Positions 22,977 to 36,651 are shown, numbered from the stretch's first letter. The stretch is 54,564 bases of DNA from Octopus sinensis (GCF_006345805.1 NW_021833804.1:1-54564); one strand, 5' to 3'. Program-made: numbers and translations. The notes: generated by a model from the sequence alone, not told the origin.

Positions 22977-23870
22977 GCACGGCGTCTGATCCAATTAGTA
23001 TCCGGACTGTTGCCATTGTAACGAAGCTAAAGCACGCAGGGTAAAGCTGCTGGGCACAGATTGACCTTGAACTCTGCTGTTTATGCACTCTACATATTAA
23101 CGCTTTAGCTCACATCTGCTGTTTACAGCAGTGCTTGGATGGAAGGCGTGTAGCGTGTGATCGGTACATTGACCACGACAGAGGAGGTTTTCAAGGCGAT
23201 ACCTGTTCAGAGGCCTATGCAAAGTGGCAAAAGGTGTATGGAGAGGAATGTATGAGCCGCACACGACTATACGAGTGGTTCAGACGTTTCCAAGATGGCC
23301 GAGAAAATGTCGATATTGAGGAACATTCTGGGAGACCCGCAACCATCAGAACTGAGAAACACATCCCAAATGAGCGTGCCTCTGTGAGGGGAAATCGTCG
23401 AATTACCATCTACGAGTTATCAGGGGATGTGATGATTATATTCGACTCAGTGCAGTCCATTGTTACTCAAGATTTGGGTATGCTACACGTGTTTGCCAAG
23501 TTTGTGCCAAAACTGCTTTCAGCTGACCAAAAAGACACCCGGGTTGCACAAGATCTTGGTTCTTGGTTGTGTCGAGAGCAATGAAAATTTTTGAAAACTT
23601 TGCGTTGGCTTCTGAGCAAGTATTGCCAAGCGTTTTGCAAAATTTGATGCAGATTCTCTGCTCAACTTTCTTTGTCATGATCAATGCAACGATCACACGC
23701 TACACATCTTCCTTCGAAGTACTGCTGTAAACTGCAAAATTAAGCTAGAATGTTGAAGCTTGTGCACACGTGCAAAAGAGTTCAAGGTCAATCTGTGTCG
23801 AGCAGTTTCACTTTCTGTGCTTTAACTTCGTTAGTATTGCATCAGTCCGGATACTATTGATCGGACCATA
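22977..23870. mobile_element. Mariner-derived element made of two 5' ends in opposite orientation
   Basis: GATC(C)AAT(T)AGTATCCGGACTG-type TIR at both ends. Plus strand encodes a transposase N-terminus (CMSRTRLYEWFRRFQDGRE...SGRP...FVPKLL); minus strand again encodes the start (MTKKVEQRICIKFC...TCSEA). Confidence 0.8.
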
Positions 23871-23955
23871 CATATACACATACACTTATTTACACACACA
23901 CACACATATATGTATGTATGTGCGAGAGGGAGGTGGAAAGGAGAACTGAATAATC

Positions 23956-24569
23956 TTTTCTACTCTAGGCACAAGGCCCGGAATTTTGGGGGAGGGGGCC
24001 AATCGATTAGATCGACCCCAGTACGCAACTGGTACTTAATTCATCGACCCCGGGAGGATGAAAGGCAAAGTCGACCTCAGTGAAATTTGAACTCAGAACG
24101 TAAAGAGAGACGAAATACTGCTGAGCATTTCGCCCGGCGTGCTAACTTTTCTTATTTCTTTATTGCCCACAAAGGCTAAACATAGAGGGGACAAACAAGG
24201 ACAGACAAAGGAATTAAGTCGATTACGTCAACCCCAATGCGTAACTGGTACTTAATTTACCGACCCCGAAAGGATGAAAGGCAAAGTCGACCTCGGCGAA
24301 ATTTGAACTCAGAACGTAACGGCAGACGAAATTCCTATTTCTTTTCTCCCCACAGGGGGCTACACACAGAGAGGACAAACAAGTACAGACAAACGGATTA
24401 AGTCGATTACATCGACCCCAGTACGTCACTGAAACTTAATTTATGGACCCCGAGAGGATGAAAGGTAAAGTCGACCTCGGCGGAATTTGAACTCAGAACG
24501 CAGCGGCGGACGAAATACTGCTAAGCATTTCGCCCAGCGTGCAAACGTTTCTGCCAGCTCGCCGCCTGG
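23956..24569 (-). mobile_element. SINE family A trimer with 16-bp target site duplication
   Basis: Three head-to-tail units with B-box GAGTTCAAATT; flanked by GGAGAACTGAATAATC (23940-23955) and GGAGAACTAAATAATC (24570-24585). Confidence 0.9.
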
Positions 24570-25261
24570 GGAGAACTAAATAATCCAATACATTTTAGTA
24601 CGCGCTTATTTTAGTGAGACCCGTATAGCAGCCATAATAACTCTCCTTGTTTACTAAAATCATCTTTGCTTTATCGCCTAAATTGCCCTCCATGAGCAGT
24701 TTATCGCATGAAAGGTTCGCCTCTCGTTATTGTTCATTTGTGTTCTTTCTGCGATAAACCTTCAAATTTATTTCTCGTTCTTAATGAAACTGATAAAATA
24801 CGAAAAATATTTTCATAGTTTAAACTAGAATGTTGCATCAGATTTTAAACACGGAAACCATAGGGGATTTTTCTGGCTTTCAACCAACTGGCATTGATTA
24901 ATGCTATAGTATAATATTTAATTGCTCCTTCTTTCCTTCCCTCCATCCTTCTCTTTCTCTCTCTCTTTTGCACTTACTTTTTCTCTCCTCTTTCGTTTTT
25001 ATTTAAGCTTTTATATTTACCAACTCGTTTGTGACTAACCACTTAGCAGCAATTTCCCTGAACGGTTCGACAAACACACATACGAATATACACATACATA
25101 CACTTATACAAACACACACACACACACACACGCCGTCTCTCTCTCTCTCTCTCTTTCTCACTCTCTTTCTCTCTTGCTCTTTCTCTCTTTCTCTCTCTTT
25201 CCTGCTCCCTGGCTCTCTTGCTTTCTGGCTCATGTACATACAGACATACACACGCAAACAT

Positions 25262-25336
<75 letters not shown>

Positions 25337-25866
25337 TACGCAACATACATTTAGAGATTCCCAGCTAAACTTTGGTGTTATGCATGATGAAGAATGCAAA
25401 CGCAAAGCAGAATTGTCCAAGTGGGTGATGCATTTGACATTGTTGACTGAAATATTGCACGACATGCAATGTTGTATTACCAACATCAGCTGCCGTTAAT
25501 TCCGAATTCCGTTGGTGGATTGCTATACGCAGAAGATCTCTGTGTTCTTCTGTCAAACTTCGGGTTATTGACCATTAATTCTAGATGGAATTATTTATTC
25601 AAAGAGAGCAATTGAATAAAAATATTTCTTTATTCCATGTTTTTACTAGTATCAGGCATTGAACTGCAGAAGTACTGGAGCACGGTATTCAAAAGTTTAT
25701 AGCTTTCCCACGTAGTGACAGGGACTGTGAAGGCTAATGATAGCTGTAAGCACAAACTGGGAGACCCACATGTCTTGGGTGTCTTTCAGTTTTATAATGT
25801 AACTGTACATTGTTGTCTGGGTGGTCTGTGTACAACATGCTACGGTGACGCTATTTTATGTACTTT

Positions 25867-26264
25867 GGGCGGCAAGCTGGCAGAACCGTTAGCACGCCGG
25901 GCGAAATGCGTAGCCGTATTTCGTCTGCGGTTACGTTCTGAGTTCAAATTCCGCCGAGGTCGACTTTGCCTTTCATCCTTTCGGGATCGATAAATTAAGT
26001 ACCAGTTACGCACTGGGATCGATATAATCGACTTAATCCGTTTGTCTGTTCTTATTTGTCCCCTCTATGCTTAGCCCCTTGTGGGTAGTAAAGAAATAGG
26101 TATTTCGTCTGTCGTTATGTTCTGAGTTCAAATTCCGCCGAGGTCGACTTTACCTTTCATCTTTTCGGGGTCGATAAATTAAGTACCAGTTACGCACTGG
26201 GGTCGATGTAATCAACTTAATCCGTTTGTCTCTCCCTGTTTGTCCCCTCTGTGTTTAGTCCCTG
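25867..26264 (+). mobile_element. SINE family A dimer
   Basis: Head GGCGGCAAGCTGGCAG; two units joined at AAGAAATAGG|TATTTCGTC. Confidence 0.9.
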
Positions 26265-26521
26265 GAGGAGGAGAATGAGTAGAAAACGAAGAAGAAGATG
26301 AAGAAGGAAAGAAGGTGAAGAAGAAGGAGGAGGATGAGGGGGAGGGGGAGGAGGAGGAGGAGAAAAAGAAGAAGGTGGAGGAGGAGGAGAAGAAGGAGAA
26401 GGAGAAAAAGAAGAAGAAGAGAAGAAGAAGAAGATGATGATGATGAAGAAAACGATGATGAAGAAGATGACGAAGAAGAAGATGATGATGATGGTAATGA
26501 TGGGGATGAAGAAGAAGAATG

Positions 26522-26561
<40 letters not shown>

Positions 26562-26942
26562 GAAGAAGAAGAAGAAGAAGAAGAAGAGGTAGAAGAAGAA
26601 GAAGAAGAAGAAGAAGAAGAAGAAGAGGTAGAAGAAGAAGAAGAGAAGAAGAAGAAAGTAGAAGAAGAAAGAAGAAGAAGAAGAAGAAGTAAAGTAAAGA
26701 AGAAGAAGAAGAAGAAGAGAAAAGAAGATGATGATGATGGTGAAAAGAAGAAGAAGATGATGATGATGAAGAAGAAGACGAAGAAGAAGAAGAAGAAGAA
26801 GACGAAGAAGAAGAAGAAGAAGAAGAAGACGACGAAGAAGAAGTAGAAGAAGAAGAAGAAGACGAAGAAGAAGAAGAAGAAGAAGAAGTAGAAGAAGAAG
26901 AAGAAGAAGAAGAAGAAGAAGAAGAAGAAGAAGAAGAAGAAA
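26265..26942 (+). repeat. ~680-bp polypurine (GAA/GAG/GAT)n tract
   Basis: Directly visible; starts at the SINE 3' end. Confidence 0.97.
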
Positions 26943-28920
26943 TTCTGCATGTGTGTCAGCGAACTCCCTGCGAGCAAAGAATAAATCTAAGATCATCGCC
27001 AAGCAAGACTTAAGAAACCTCAAAAACAGTGAAAGAAAATTATGTTTTAGTAGAACCCGTGTAAATTCCACGGAATAGACAAAAAAATTAAGTGAACCTA
27101 TTAAAGAAAGAAAGGATTATTTTCAATTTTATAGCATTCATAATTTAACCATTTTTCAAATATTTTTGACGTTCGTCTACATTTCCTCAGGTCTCCATTG
27201 GTGTCCTTTTTCCTCTTTTTATTATTTTTTTTCTCACTGCTTCCCCCTCATCTGTGCTCTGTATCTGCGCATCTTTTCTCGGGCAGCTTGCAACCGTGTT
27301 TCTTGTGAATCCAGAGTTTAGGCTAAATTAACCTTTATAAACAAATATCAATATTATAAGCGAGAAGACGATAAATAATTGCACTTATACGTATGCCATG
27401 ATCGCTATAAAAATTAGTTCAATAAAATAAAATACTTTTCAATAGCAACACACCACTAAAACCACCACCACCACCACCACCACCACCGCTATCCGCCTCT
27501 CTCTCTCGATGTTACTGCCACTCTTGTCCATTTCTTTCCATCTACCTTTTTTCTTCAGCGAACTTTTTAACTACATGAGAAGTATTCCTTTCTCACCCCA
27601 CCGCACGTCGTTAACACTTCTCTCTCCCTTTTTCTCCCTCGTCGTCTTTTTCTCTCGTTCTAAACTTCTACCTTCAGCTGACCATATGACCATTTAGTCT
27701 AAGCGTATTAACATTAATCACCTTTCTCTACTTCTTCCTCTATTCTTTCATCACTCCTTCATCTCTCTCTCTCTCTCTCTCTTTCTCTCTCACTCTTACT
27801 CCACCTCTACCTCTAGCAGATTGTTATATAGATGTAAATCATTTCAGGAAACTGAAAACGTTCTTTCATATATGAAGTAATATAAGGCACAGTTTTTCCT
27901 AGATGCGTTGCCACAGAAAAACGCGCGGGCTCTGTATATAATAGAACTGTGAACAAAACTACGAATGCGAGTATTAATCACATAGGCATTCTCATTTCTT
28001 ATTTCTACACATATGCACATTGCTGCTTCTCGCTTATACATCAATAAATATAATGTTTATACTATTCACACACGAAACCTATAAGCTTCCACGCGTGTAA
28101 AAAACAAACATCGAACGCACGATATTTTGATAACTTTAACAAAAGATACAAATACTTCGTTTTAAACAGTGGAAAAGAGCAATTCTGCTAGGGGAAAAAA
28201 GTTATAAAGAAGAAAAGAACGGCGGTGGATTTGCGTATGAAATCGTGGTACTAAAAAATCGCGGGCAATCGCAGTACGAAAGAAGCCTCGTCACACATAC
28301 AGAGGTGGTGTTCTGTCAAAAGGTTAACTTTGTAAAGACGGACCCACCTCTTAATATTACAACCCAAACGAAAAACAAGACTAAAAGAGAACAATGGACA
28401 GATGGGAGTTACATTGAAGTGGTATAGGTATTCTACAATGCAACACAATGCCCAAAACATACAGGTATAATAAAAAAAAAAGATATGGGATATGGAGGAA
28501 AAATAATTAAGATATAAAGAAAGTCAAAATTCACTTGCAAAGGAGTGGCAATAATATCGAGAAGGGCAAGTTCCCAAAACCGAAATAGACAAACTCTTAC
28601 CAATAAAATGAACAACAACCACGCTCGCATTACACACACAATACACAATACAAAGACTAATACAACAAAAGAATCGGACCAAACCCCATAAGAAAAAAAT
28701 ACTGATGCAATACAATGTCTGGGGAGTGTTTGTATTTCCAAAACACAAACACATGAAGACATGAAAACACAATGTTACACACACCTCAGCAATACGGATG
28801 TAGGACATGTGACGCTGTAGGAACTTACTAGAAAATATCAGCTGTCAAACAACAACAACGACGACGAAGATAACAACAACAATAGCAACAACAATGATGA
28901 TAATAATAATAATAATAATA

Positions 28921-28976
<56 letters not shown>

Positions 28977-28978
<2 letters not shown>

Positions 28979-29108
28979 TCTTTCTACTATAGGTACAAGG
29001 CCTAAGATTTGGTATGAGGTGACAAGTCGATTATATGGACCCAATTGGTACTTAATTTATCGACCCTAAAAGGATGAAAGGCAAAGTCAACCTCGGCGGA
29101 ATTTGATG

Positions 29109-29173
<65 letters not shown>

Positions 29174-29385
29174 TCTTTCTACTATAGGTACAAGGCCTAA
29201 GATTTGGTATGAGGTGACAAGTCGATTATATGGACCCAACGTTTCATTGGTACTTAATTTATCGACCCTAAAAGGATGAAAGGCAAAGTCGACCTCGGCG
29301 GAATTTGAACTCAGAACGTAGCGGCAGACGAAATACCGCCAAGCATTTCGCCCAGCGTGCTAACGTTTGTGCCAGCTCGCCGCCC
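28977..29385 (-). mobile_element. SINE family A copy plus a partial tandem duplicate, embedded in (AAT)n
   Basis: 28977-29107 repeats 29172-29307; head at ~29380. Confidence 0.85.
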
Positions 29386-30842
29386 TAATAATAATAATAA
29401 TAATAATTTTCATTATGAGACATCGCTTGTATACCATATCATTATTTTAAATTACTAATAGAAAGAATTATATAAACTTATTTGGTCCACGAACCAAGTT
29501 ACCTCCTAATTCACTTTCAGATTCATGCAACATATATGTTTAAAAATTTAGAAATGTGTGTGTATGTATATTTGTGTGTGTGTGTGTGTGTGTGTTGTGT
29601 GTGTGTGTGTGTGTGTGCGTGTTTATGTGTATGTTAAATTTTATATTTCACAAAATATTTCAGATTGTACATGAACAGTTTGATAACATTTCAATATCTC
29701 TCGTTGTTGTTGCTGTTGCTGTTGTCATTGTTTATGTTGCTGCTGTTTGTTGTTGTTGTTGTTTTTCTTCTTCTTCTTCTTCTTCTTCTTCTTGCTGCTG
29801 CTGTTGCATTCAATGTTGCAGAAAGAAAAATCAATGAAGTATAATATAACGTTACATATATATATATATATATAATATATATATATATATATCTATATAT
29901 ATATATACAAACACACTTGTGTGTGTGTATGTATACTTATAGTTTAAATTTATGTATTTACAAACACCCACAACCACCCACCCAAAACACACACACACAC
30001 TCACACACAGAAACACACAAACACACACACAAACATACACACATGCGGGTCAAAAGAAAATCGATGAAATATTCCTATTAGGAAATTCAAAACCCAATGT
30101 TTTGTAAATCGTCAAATTAGAATAAGTTTTCGATTTGATTTTTGTTTTTTTGTTTTGTTTTTTGTTGTTTTTTTTTTTGTTGTTGTCTTATATGTAATCA
30201 CACAACAAACGGAATTCTGTGGGAAAATCGTTTTGTCTAAGTTTGCCTCGGTGCATCTTTAAAAGTAGTTTAATGGCTTCCGTCGAATTACAAGTATAAT
30301 AATGACACATTTCCACATACACATCCATATACATACATACACAAATTCATACATGTATACATACGTATCTACATATACATATATAAAATTTAGTTGCTCC
30401 AGGATGTGAATATCTTCTCTAAAATTAGCGGGGGAAAAAAATTTCTAGGATGAACTAATATGAATACAGACTTCTTGTACCCGGGCAATAGATTCTCATT
30501 TTTACCTAATACAGTATGTTCGCTGGGCTATTTAATGATATATTCTCATAAAAGTTTGAAAACTAGTATTTTCTAAGAAAGAACAAAATAAGCGAATTCG
30601 CTGCATTCAAACACGGTTAACTGATGGCAAAATGCTGATTTGAGAAACAATTCTGAAGTTTTCCCATTTGAACTTCCTGTAATAAACATGTACACACAAA
30701 AGCATATGTATGTATAGACACGGATATACACACTCAGAGAAATAAATAATTACACAAACTTGTATACTAAAGAATTGTTTATAGCCATATCATGAGAAAA
30801 AAGTATACTCCCAGTTTTATGTAGGTATATATATATACACAG

Positions 30843-30886
<44 letters not shown>

Positions 30887-30890
<4 letters not shown>

Positions 30891-31426
30891 CAATAAGAAA
30901 AAGGAGGGGATGAATAGGTGATTCACCAACTTTTAGACATTATATTATGTCAACGTATTTATGTAATTGTCATTTTAGTAAATAAATAAATTGACCTGTG
31001 GTAGGTAGCTTGTTTACCAACCACATGGTTCCGGGTTCAGTCCCACTGCGTGGCACCTTGGGCAAGTGTCTTCTACTATAGCCTCGGGCCGACCAATGCC
31101 TTGTGAGTGGATTTGGTAGAGGGAAACTGAAAGAAGCCCGTCGTATATATGTGTATATATATGCGTGTGTGTGTTTGTGTCTGTGTTTGTCCTCCTAGCA
31201 TTGCTTTACAACCGATGCTGGTGTGTTTACGTCCCCGTTACTTAGCGGTTCGGCAAAAGAGACCGATAGAATACGTACTGGGCTTACAAAAGAATAAGTC
31301 CCGGGGTCGAGTTGCTCGATTAAAGGCGGTGCTCCAGCATGGCCGCACTCAAATGACTGAAACAAGTAAAAGAATAAAAGAATAAAAGTTGGTGAACCAC
31401 CTATTGATCCATTTTCTTATTGCTCT
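30887..31426. mobile_element. MITE with ~45-bp TIRs containing a nested SINE
   Basis: AGAGCAATAAGAAAA...AATAGGTGATTCACCAACTTTTA vs TAAAAGTTGGTGAACCACCTATTG...TTTTCTTATTGCTCT. Confidence 0.7.
30997..31388 (+). mobile_element. tRNA-derived SINE family B, near full length
   Basis: B-box GGTTCAGTCCC, internal (TA)/(TG) tract, LINE-like 3' tail; homologous to 33125-33535. Confidence 0.9.
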
Positions 31427-31730
31427 ATAAATTAATGGTAAAATATATCTTTACCCTCAGCCATTTAGTACACTCGGTAATATAATTGCAATGCAATAAA
31501 AAGCACTTGTGTATTAATAATTGGGTATTCTACCAGCGGTATATTGGATAGATATTATCCCTCAGTTGGTTGAATGTTATAATGTTAACTTTGAGAGATT
31601 TATGAAATAAATAAGCATACTAATATTGGACTGTTCACATTGCGGAATTTTCTCTCAATATATAAATCGATAACACCAGTTGATCTCCGGATTTTTAATC
31701 CCCGCGAGAAAATCACAACCTCAATATTGA

Positions 31731-31806
<76 letters not shown>

Positions 31807-31924
31807 TATATATATATAATACATACTTACATACAAGAGTACGCCGATGTATATATATCGGCAAACTCTTATATACAAGTATATATATATATATATATAT
31901 ATACATACTTACATATACTTATAT

Positions 31925-32173
31925 GACACTTTATTTCACGTTGCTCCAGTTCACTCAGCTGTAGAAATGAGTTGCGACGTCACTGGTGCCAAGCTGTATC
32001 GACCTTTGTCTTTCCCTTGGATAACACTGGTGGCGTGGAGAGGGGAGGCCGGTATGCATGGGCAACTACTGGTCTTCCATAAAACAACCTTGCCCAGACT
32101 TGTGCCTCAGAGGGTAACTCTCTAGGTGCAAACCCATGGTCACTCATGACCGAAGGGGGTCTTTACCCTTTAC
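31925..32173 (+). mobile_element. SINE family C-related fragment with a different 3' part
   Basis: First ~55 bp match 20025-20080; the remainder differs. Confidence 0.55.
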
Positions 32174-32415
32174 ATATATATATATATACACATACTTACA
32201 TATGTGATGCAAGAAAGGGACAGCAAAACATCCAGTTAGGCGATACGAAGAAAACAAGGACGGGTTTTCTTTCCTTAGTCGAGTTTCAGATTATCTTTCC
32301 AATTTCGGCTGGTTATACTCAAGAGTGCTCCAATCTGACCAACCAGAAGGAAAAACTAAGCTAAGAGCATTAAATTCCTTGGAAAAAAGCAGTGAATGTA
32401 TCCGAAAACAAGGAC

Positions 32416-32699
<284 letters not shown>

Positions 32700-33124
32700 A
32701 CACACACATAATGGATCCGTGTAATAAGGATCAGCAAAAAGAGTACTCTATCTAATCAGAGTAAAAATATTGTTTTATACGATCGCCTCATGTGCATAAA
32801 CCATGTTACTGATAGTTTCACGTACATGGAAACCCAATTACGTTTTTCAGGTGTGGACTATTCTACGTAAATAATCAGGTTAGATAATGAACTGAATATA
32901 AAATGGCGCGAAAAAAGAACCGAACAACCAATCGGATTGTGTGGTAGATACCACTAAAGCGAACTGCGAATATAAAATAGAATAATAAGTAATAAAAATG
33001 AATTAATAAATATAAGAATATATGAAATAATAGAAGAAATTTTTAAAGGGGTATGTACAAATATGAAATATGCAAAAAGATATGAAATTTATGAAAAATT
33101 TTGAAAAAAGAACATTTACAATAA

Positions 33125-33283
33125 GCAGGAGTTGCTGTGTGGTAAGTAGCTTGCTAACCAACCACATGGTTCCGGGTTCAGTCCCACTGCGTGGCACCTC
33201 GGGCAAGTGTCTTCTACTATAGCCTCGGGCCGACCAAAGCCTTGTGAGTGGATTTGGTAGACGGAAACTGAAAGAAGTCCGTC

Positions 33284-33325
<42 letters not shown>

Positions 33326-33535
33326 GTGTGTGTTTGTGTGTCTGTGTTTGTCCCCTAGCATTGCTTGACAACCGATGCTGGTGTGTTTACGTCCTCGTCA
33401 CATAGCGGTTCGGCAAAAGAGACCGATAGAATAAGTACTGGGCTTACAGAGAATAAGTCCCGGGGTCAATTTGCTCGACTAAAGGCGGTGCTCCAGCATG
33501 GCCACAGTCAAATGACTGAAACAAGTAAAAGAGTA
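33125..33535 (+). mobile_element. tRNA-derived SINE family B, full length
   Basis: GCAGGAGTTGCTGTGTGGTAAG head, B-box GGTTCAGTCCC, tail hairpin CAGTC-AAAT-GACTG. Confidence 0.9.
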
Positions 33536-33756
33536 ATAAATATGGAAATATATATGAAAAAAATATGAAATATATAAATAAATATAAAATATAAAAATAT
33601 ATGAATATGAAATATAGATAATAAACCCGAATATAAATATAAAATAACACGATGAAAGAAGAAAAAAATATATGCGTCGCCATCAAGCAAAAGAAGATAA
33701 AATTCATTGATGTCCAGTCAATCAAGAATAGGTGGAATCTTCCGGTCTTTTAAAAG

Positions 33757-33890
33757 TTATTTATGCATATGCTTGCATCTGTTGAACATTGTGATCATGA
33801 GTTCAGTATCATGTTGGGGATCATAGATTTAGACAAAATGGGGATCCTTTCGGCCAAACAAACATTACATTTATTTGAACCATTTACGTA
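33757..33890 (-). pseudogene. Probable C-terminal fragment of a second Penelope-like element
   Basis: YVNGSNKCNVCLAERIPIL...LNS(R)S then FNRCKHMHK after a frameshift; resembles the recalled C-x-LCL-x-EK...LN-x-RSE...C-x-H motif of some PLE proteins. Confidence 0.45.
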
Positions 33891-33959
33891 CCGTGTAAAA
33901 TTTTCAATCACCCTACATTTAATCACGCATGGTATTTTCCCCCTTTCAGGTCCCAAACG

Positions 33960-34492
33960 TAGCTAACCAATTTCGTGGCTTTACTTTTCTGACTATGACT
34001 GGATATGCTAATAACATTGAGTATTTGACTTTTAGTCAGTCACCAGTCAACCATCACTATGCAGTGAACACAATGTTTACCTTGGTAGTGACATTTGCCG
34101 GACGTTCAGTACGTGGGTCAACTTCGAGTCTCTCCCTTGCTTTACTAAATTCAGATGCCCATTTCAATTCCGCCTTGTGGATAGAGTTGGAGCATCATAC
34201 CCTAAAGTGGCAAACATGTCAGCATGCATGTCGTTGGGGGCTAAACCGTTGTTCTGAAGGTACTTGGTAACACACGATGCTAAATTTTGTCCATTTTCAA
34301 GAGAAATCGCCACTAGTTACATTTGAAATATTCGTTAAACAGTCAGATATCAGTTTACTTGAAAAAAGCAAAAAAAACAACAAAAAAACATCGTAGTTAA
34401 TAACAAGGGTTAAAATTAATGCATGCAAAACTTCACGTCTCTAGCATCCATCATGGCCAGTCTTTACCTATGAAGGTTTCAGCACATATTCG
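33960..34492 (-). mobile_element. Mariner 5' remnant (third DD34D-type family)
   Basis: TA-CGAATATGTGCTGAAA terminus; ATG at 34294 gives MDKI...KYLQNNGLAPNDMHADMFATLGYDAP...EVDPRTERP (HTH region). Confidence 0.75.
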
Positions 34493-36355
34493 TATATGAG
34501 TGGGTATGTACGTGTGTGTGTGTGAGCGCATGGATGTATACATAGGTATATGTGTGTTTGTGTGTGCGTGTGTGTGTACGAGTGCGTATATGTGTCTGAG
34601 TGTGAGTATATGTATACATACATACATACATACATACACAGAAACACACACATACACACATACGTACACGAAAGAGCCGTTTCAGTTCCTGATATAAAGA
34701 GGGAGACAAAGTGTGTGCATGTGTGTGTGAGAGAGAACGAGAGAGACAGAGACAGACAGACAGAATCGGAGACAGAGACAGACAAAGAGAGACAGAGAGA
34801 AAGAGAGAGATAGAAAGTAATGGGTAAACAAGAGAACTAGAATATGAGAGAGATGGGTGACAGGTATGTCACCATCAGGCATTAAAATAGCTGTGCTTCG
34901 ACATAAATCATTGGGATGTGACTGATGACAAAAGACTCATATTACATGAATCTCTTGGATATCATCAAGAAATTGCCTCTCTGGCGATATTTCACACACC
35001 TCTGTAAGATTGGCAGATCGAATGTAGTAGAGCAATTCCAGTTGGCATTCTTAATACAGCAAAAAACTTATTATACATGATGTTACTGTATGTATGCATG
35101 TATGTATATATGTATGTACGTACGTATGTATGTTTGTGTGTGTAGTGAGGATATAGGGCCTTGCCTTGGTTGAGAGTAAACATGATAAAATTTGTCCTAT
35201 TTTAAAATGATGTTACTGTATGTAAGCATGTATGTATGCATGTATGTATGCATGTATGTATATATGTATGTACGTAAGTATGTATGTTTGTGTATGTAGG
35301 TATGTGAATGTATGTATGCATGTATGTATCTGTATGAATGTATGTAGTTAAATAGGTAGATAGGTATGCATGAATGCATGTATTTGTGTATATATATGTA
35401 AACACATAGACATGCACGCACACACATACATACATACATACATACATACATACATACATACGTACATACATACATATATATATATATACATACATACATA
35501 CATACATTCATACATACATACATACACACAAACAAACAAACAGATAAGTTTAAACTATTTCGTTGTTTGTAGTCTTCGGAATTCGGCGATTCTGGCACTT
35601 TGAATTTAACAATGGTTGATCACAAACCTATACACACATACATACATACAAACATACTTAGACAGATCAAGTGCACTTAAACATACCTGTGTGTGGGGTG
35701 GGGCCGCCTGTGTGTGTGTGTTCATGTCTACATATCTGTGTATTTTTAACATCATAAGAACAAATATTTCTTGAATAATTTTCTTAGATGATCTCATAAA
35801 CCATATTGCTTAGTTCTAACAGCCATTTATTGGAGACGTTAATTGCAAAGAATTTGCTTCTAGCTTCAGTAATATTATCAGAAGTATTCGTCAAGATTTT
35901 GGTTAGTTCTTGTGCAGTGTTTGATCTCCTTTGTTATTTTATTTTATGATTGGATCAGATCATATGGAATATGGTAAAAGATCAGAAATGACGTGAGTTA
36001 TAATGTTGTTGCAACATCAATAGAAACTGTTCTCGCATACTTCGCTGGTTTCACAAACAATCGTTTCAACATAATCTCTTTTGGCTAACATCATACTATA
36101 TATGTGTGGTAGTATATATGTACGGTGGTACTTAGTGTAAAGAATGACGGCAGGCGGAGAAGAAGGTGATGGCTATAGTATGTGATGCTAGAGATATATA
36201 ACGTACGCCATTTAATATTGCGGAATTTAGACGTTCGTATATATACACACACACACACACACACAAATACACTCACATACGTATATATGTGAATATATGC
36301 ATTCAAATAAGTGTATATAATATACATATACATAGGCATATATCTATATATATAT

Positions 36356-36651
36356 ATTATATAATTAGGGCTTAGTGAACTAAATTACTTTGCCACATAC
36401 TGAACTTAGTAGAAATAGTAGCAAAAAAAAAACAAAAAAAAACGTACTCAAACCATCTATGTACTTGTGATATTTTTCTGTATTTACCTCCAAACTTTCG
36501 TGGGCTGTCTGGAGTAAGCATTATCTGAGAGAAATTTTCTTTAAGTAGTAGAAATGCTAAGAAAATTTTTTTTTTTTTTTTTTGGCTACTATTTCTACTA
36601 AGTTCAGTATGTGGCAAAGTAATTTATTTTACTAAGCCCTAATTATATAAT
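36356..36651. mobile_element. MITE with ~78-bp TIRs
   Basis: ATTATATAATTAGGGCTTAGT...TAGTAGC-polyA vs polyT-GGCTACTA...ACTAAGCCCTAATTATATAAT. Confidence 0.85.

Noticed and set aside
25365-25556. Ankyrin-like LTAADVGNTTLHV on the minus strand
   Set aside because: Single weak motif without the rest of an ankyrin repeat or exon boundaries.
25867-25960. tRNA genes
   Set aside because: A/B-box-like heads here and at 19928, 30997 and 33125 belong to SINEs; I cannot fold a cloverleaf.
26217-27071. Acidic/basic and poly-L/F/S ORFs resembling nucleolar or prothymosin-like proteins
   Set aside because: Pure trinucleotide repeats attached to a SINE tail; no splice or start context.
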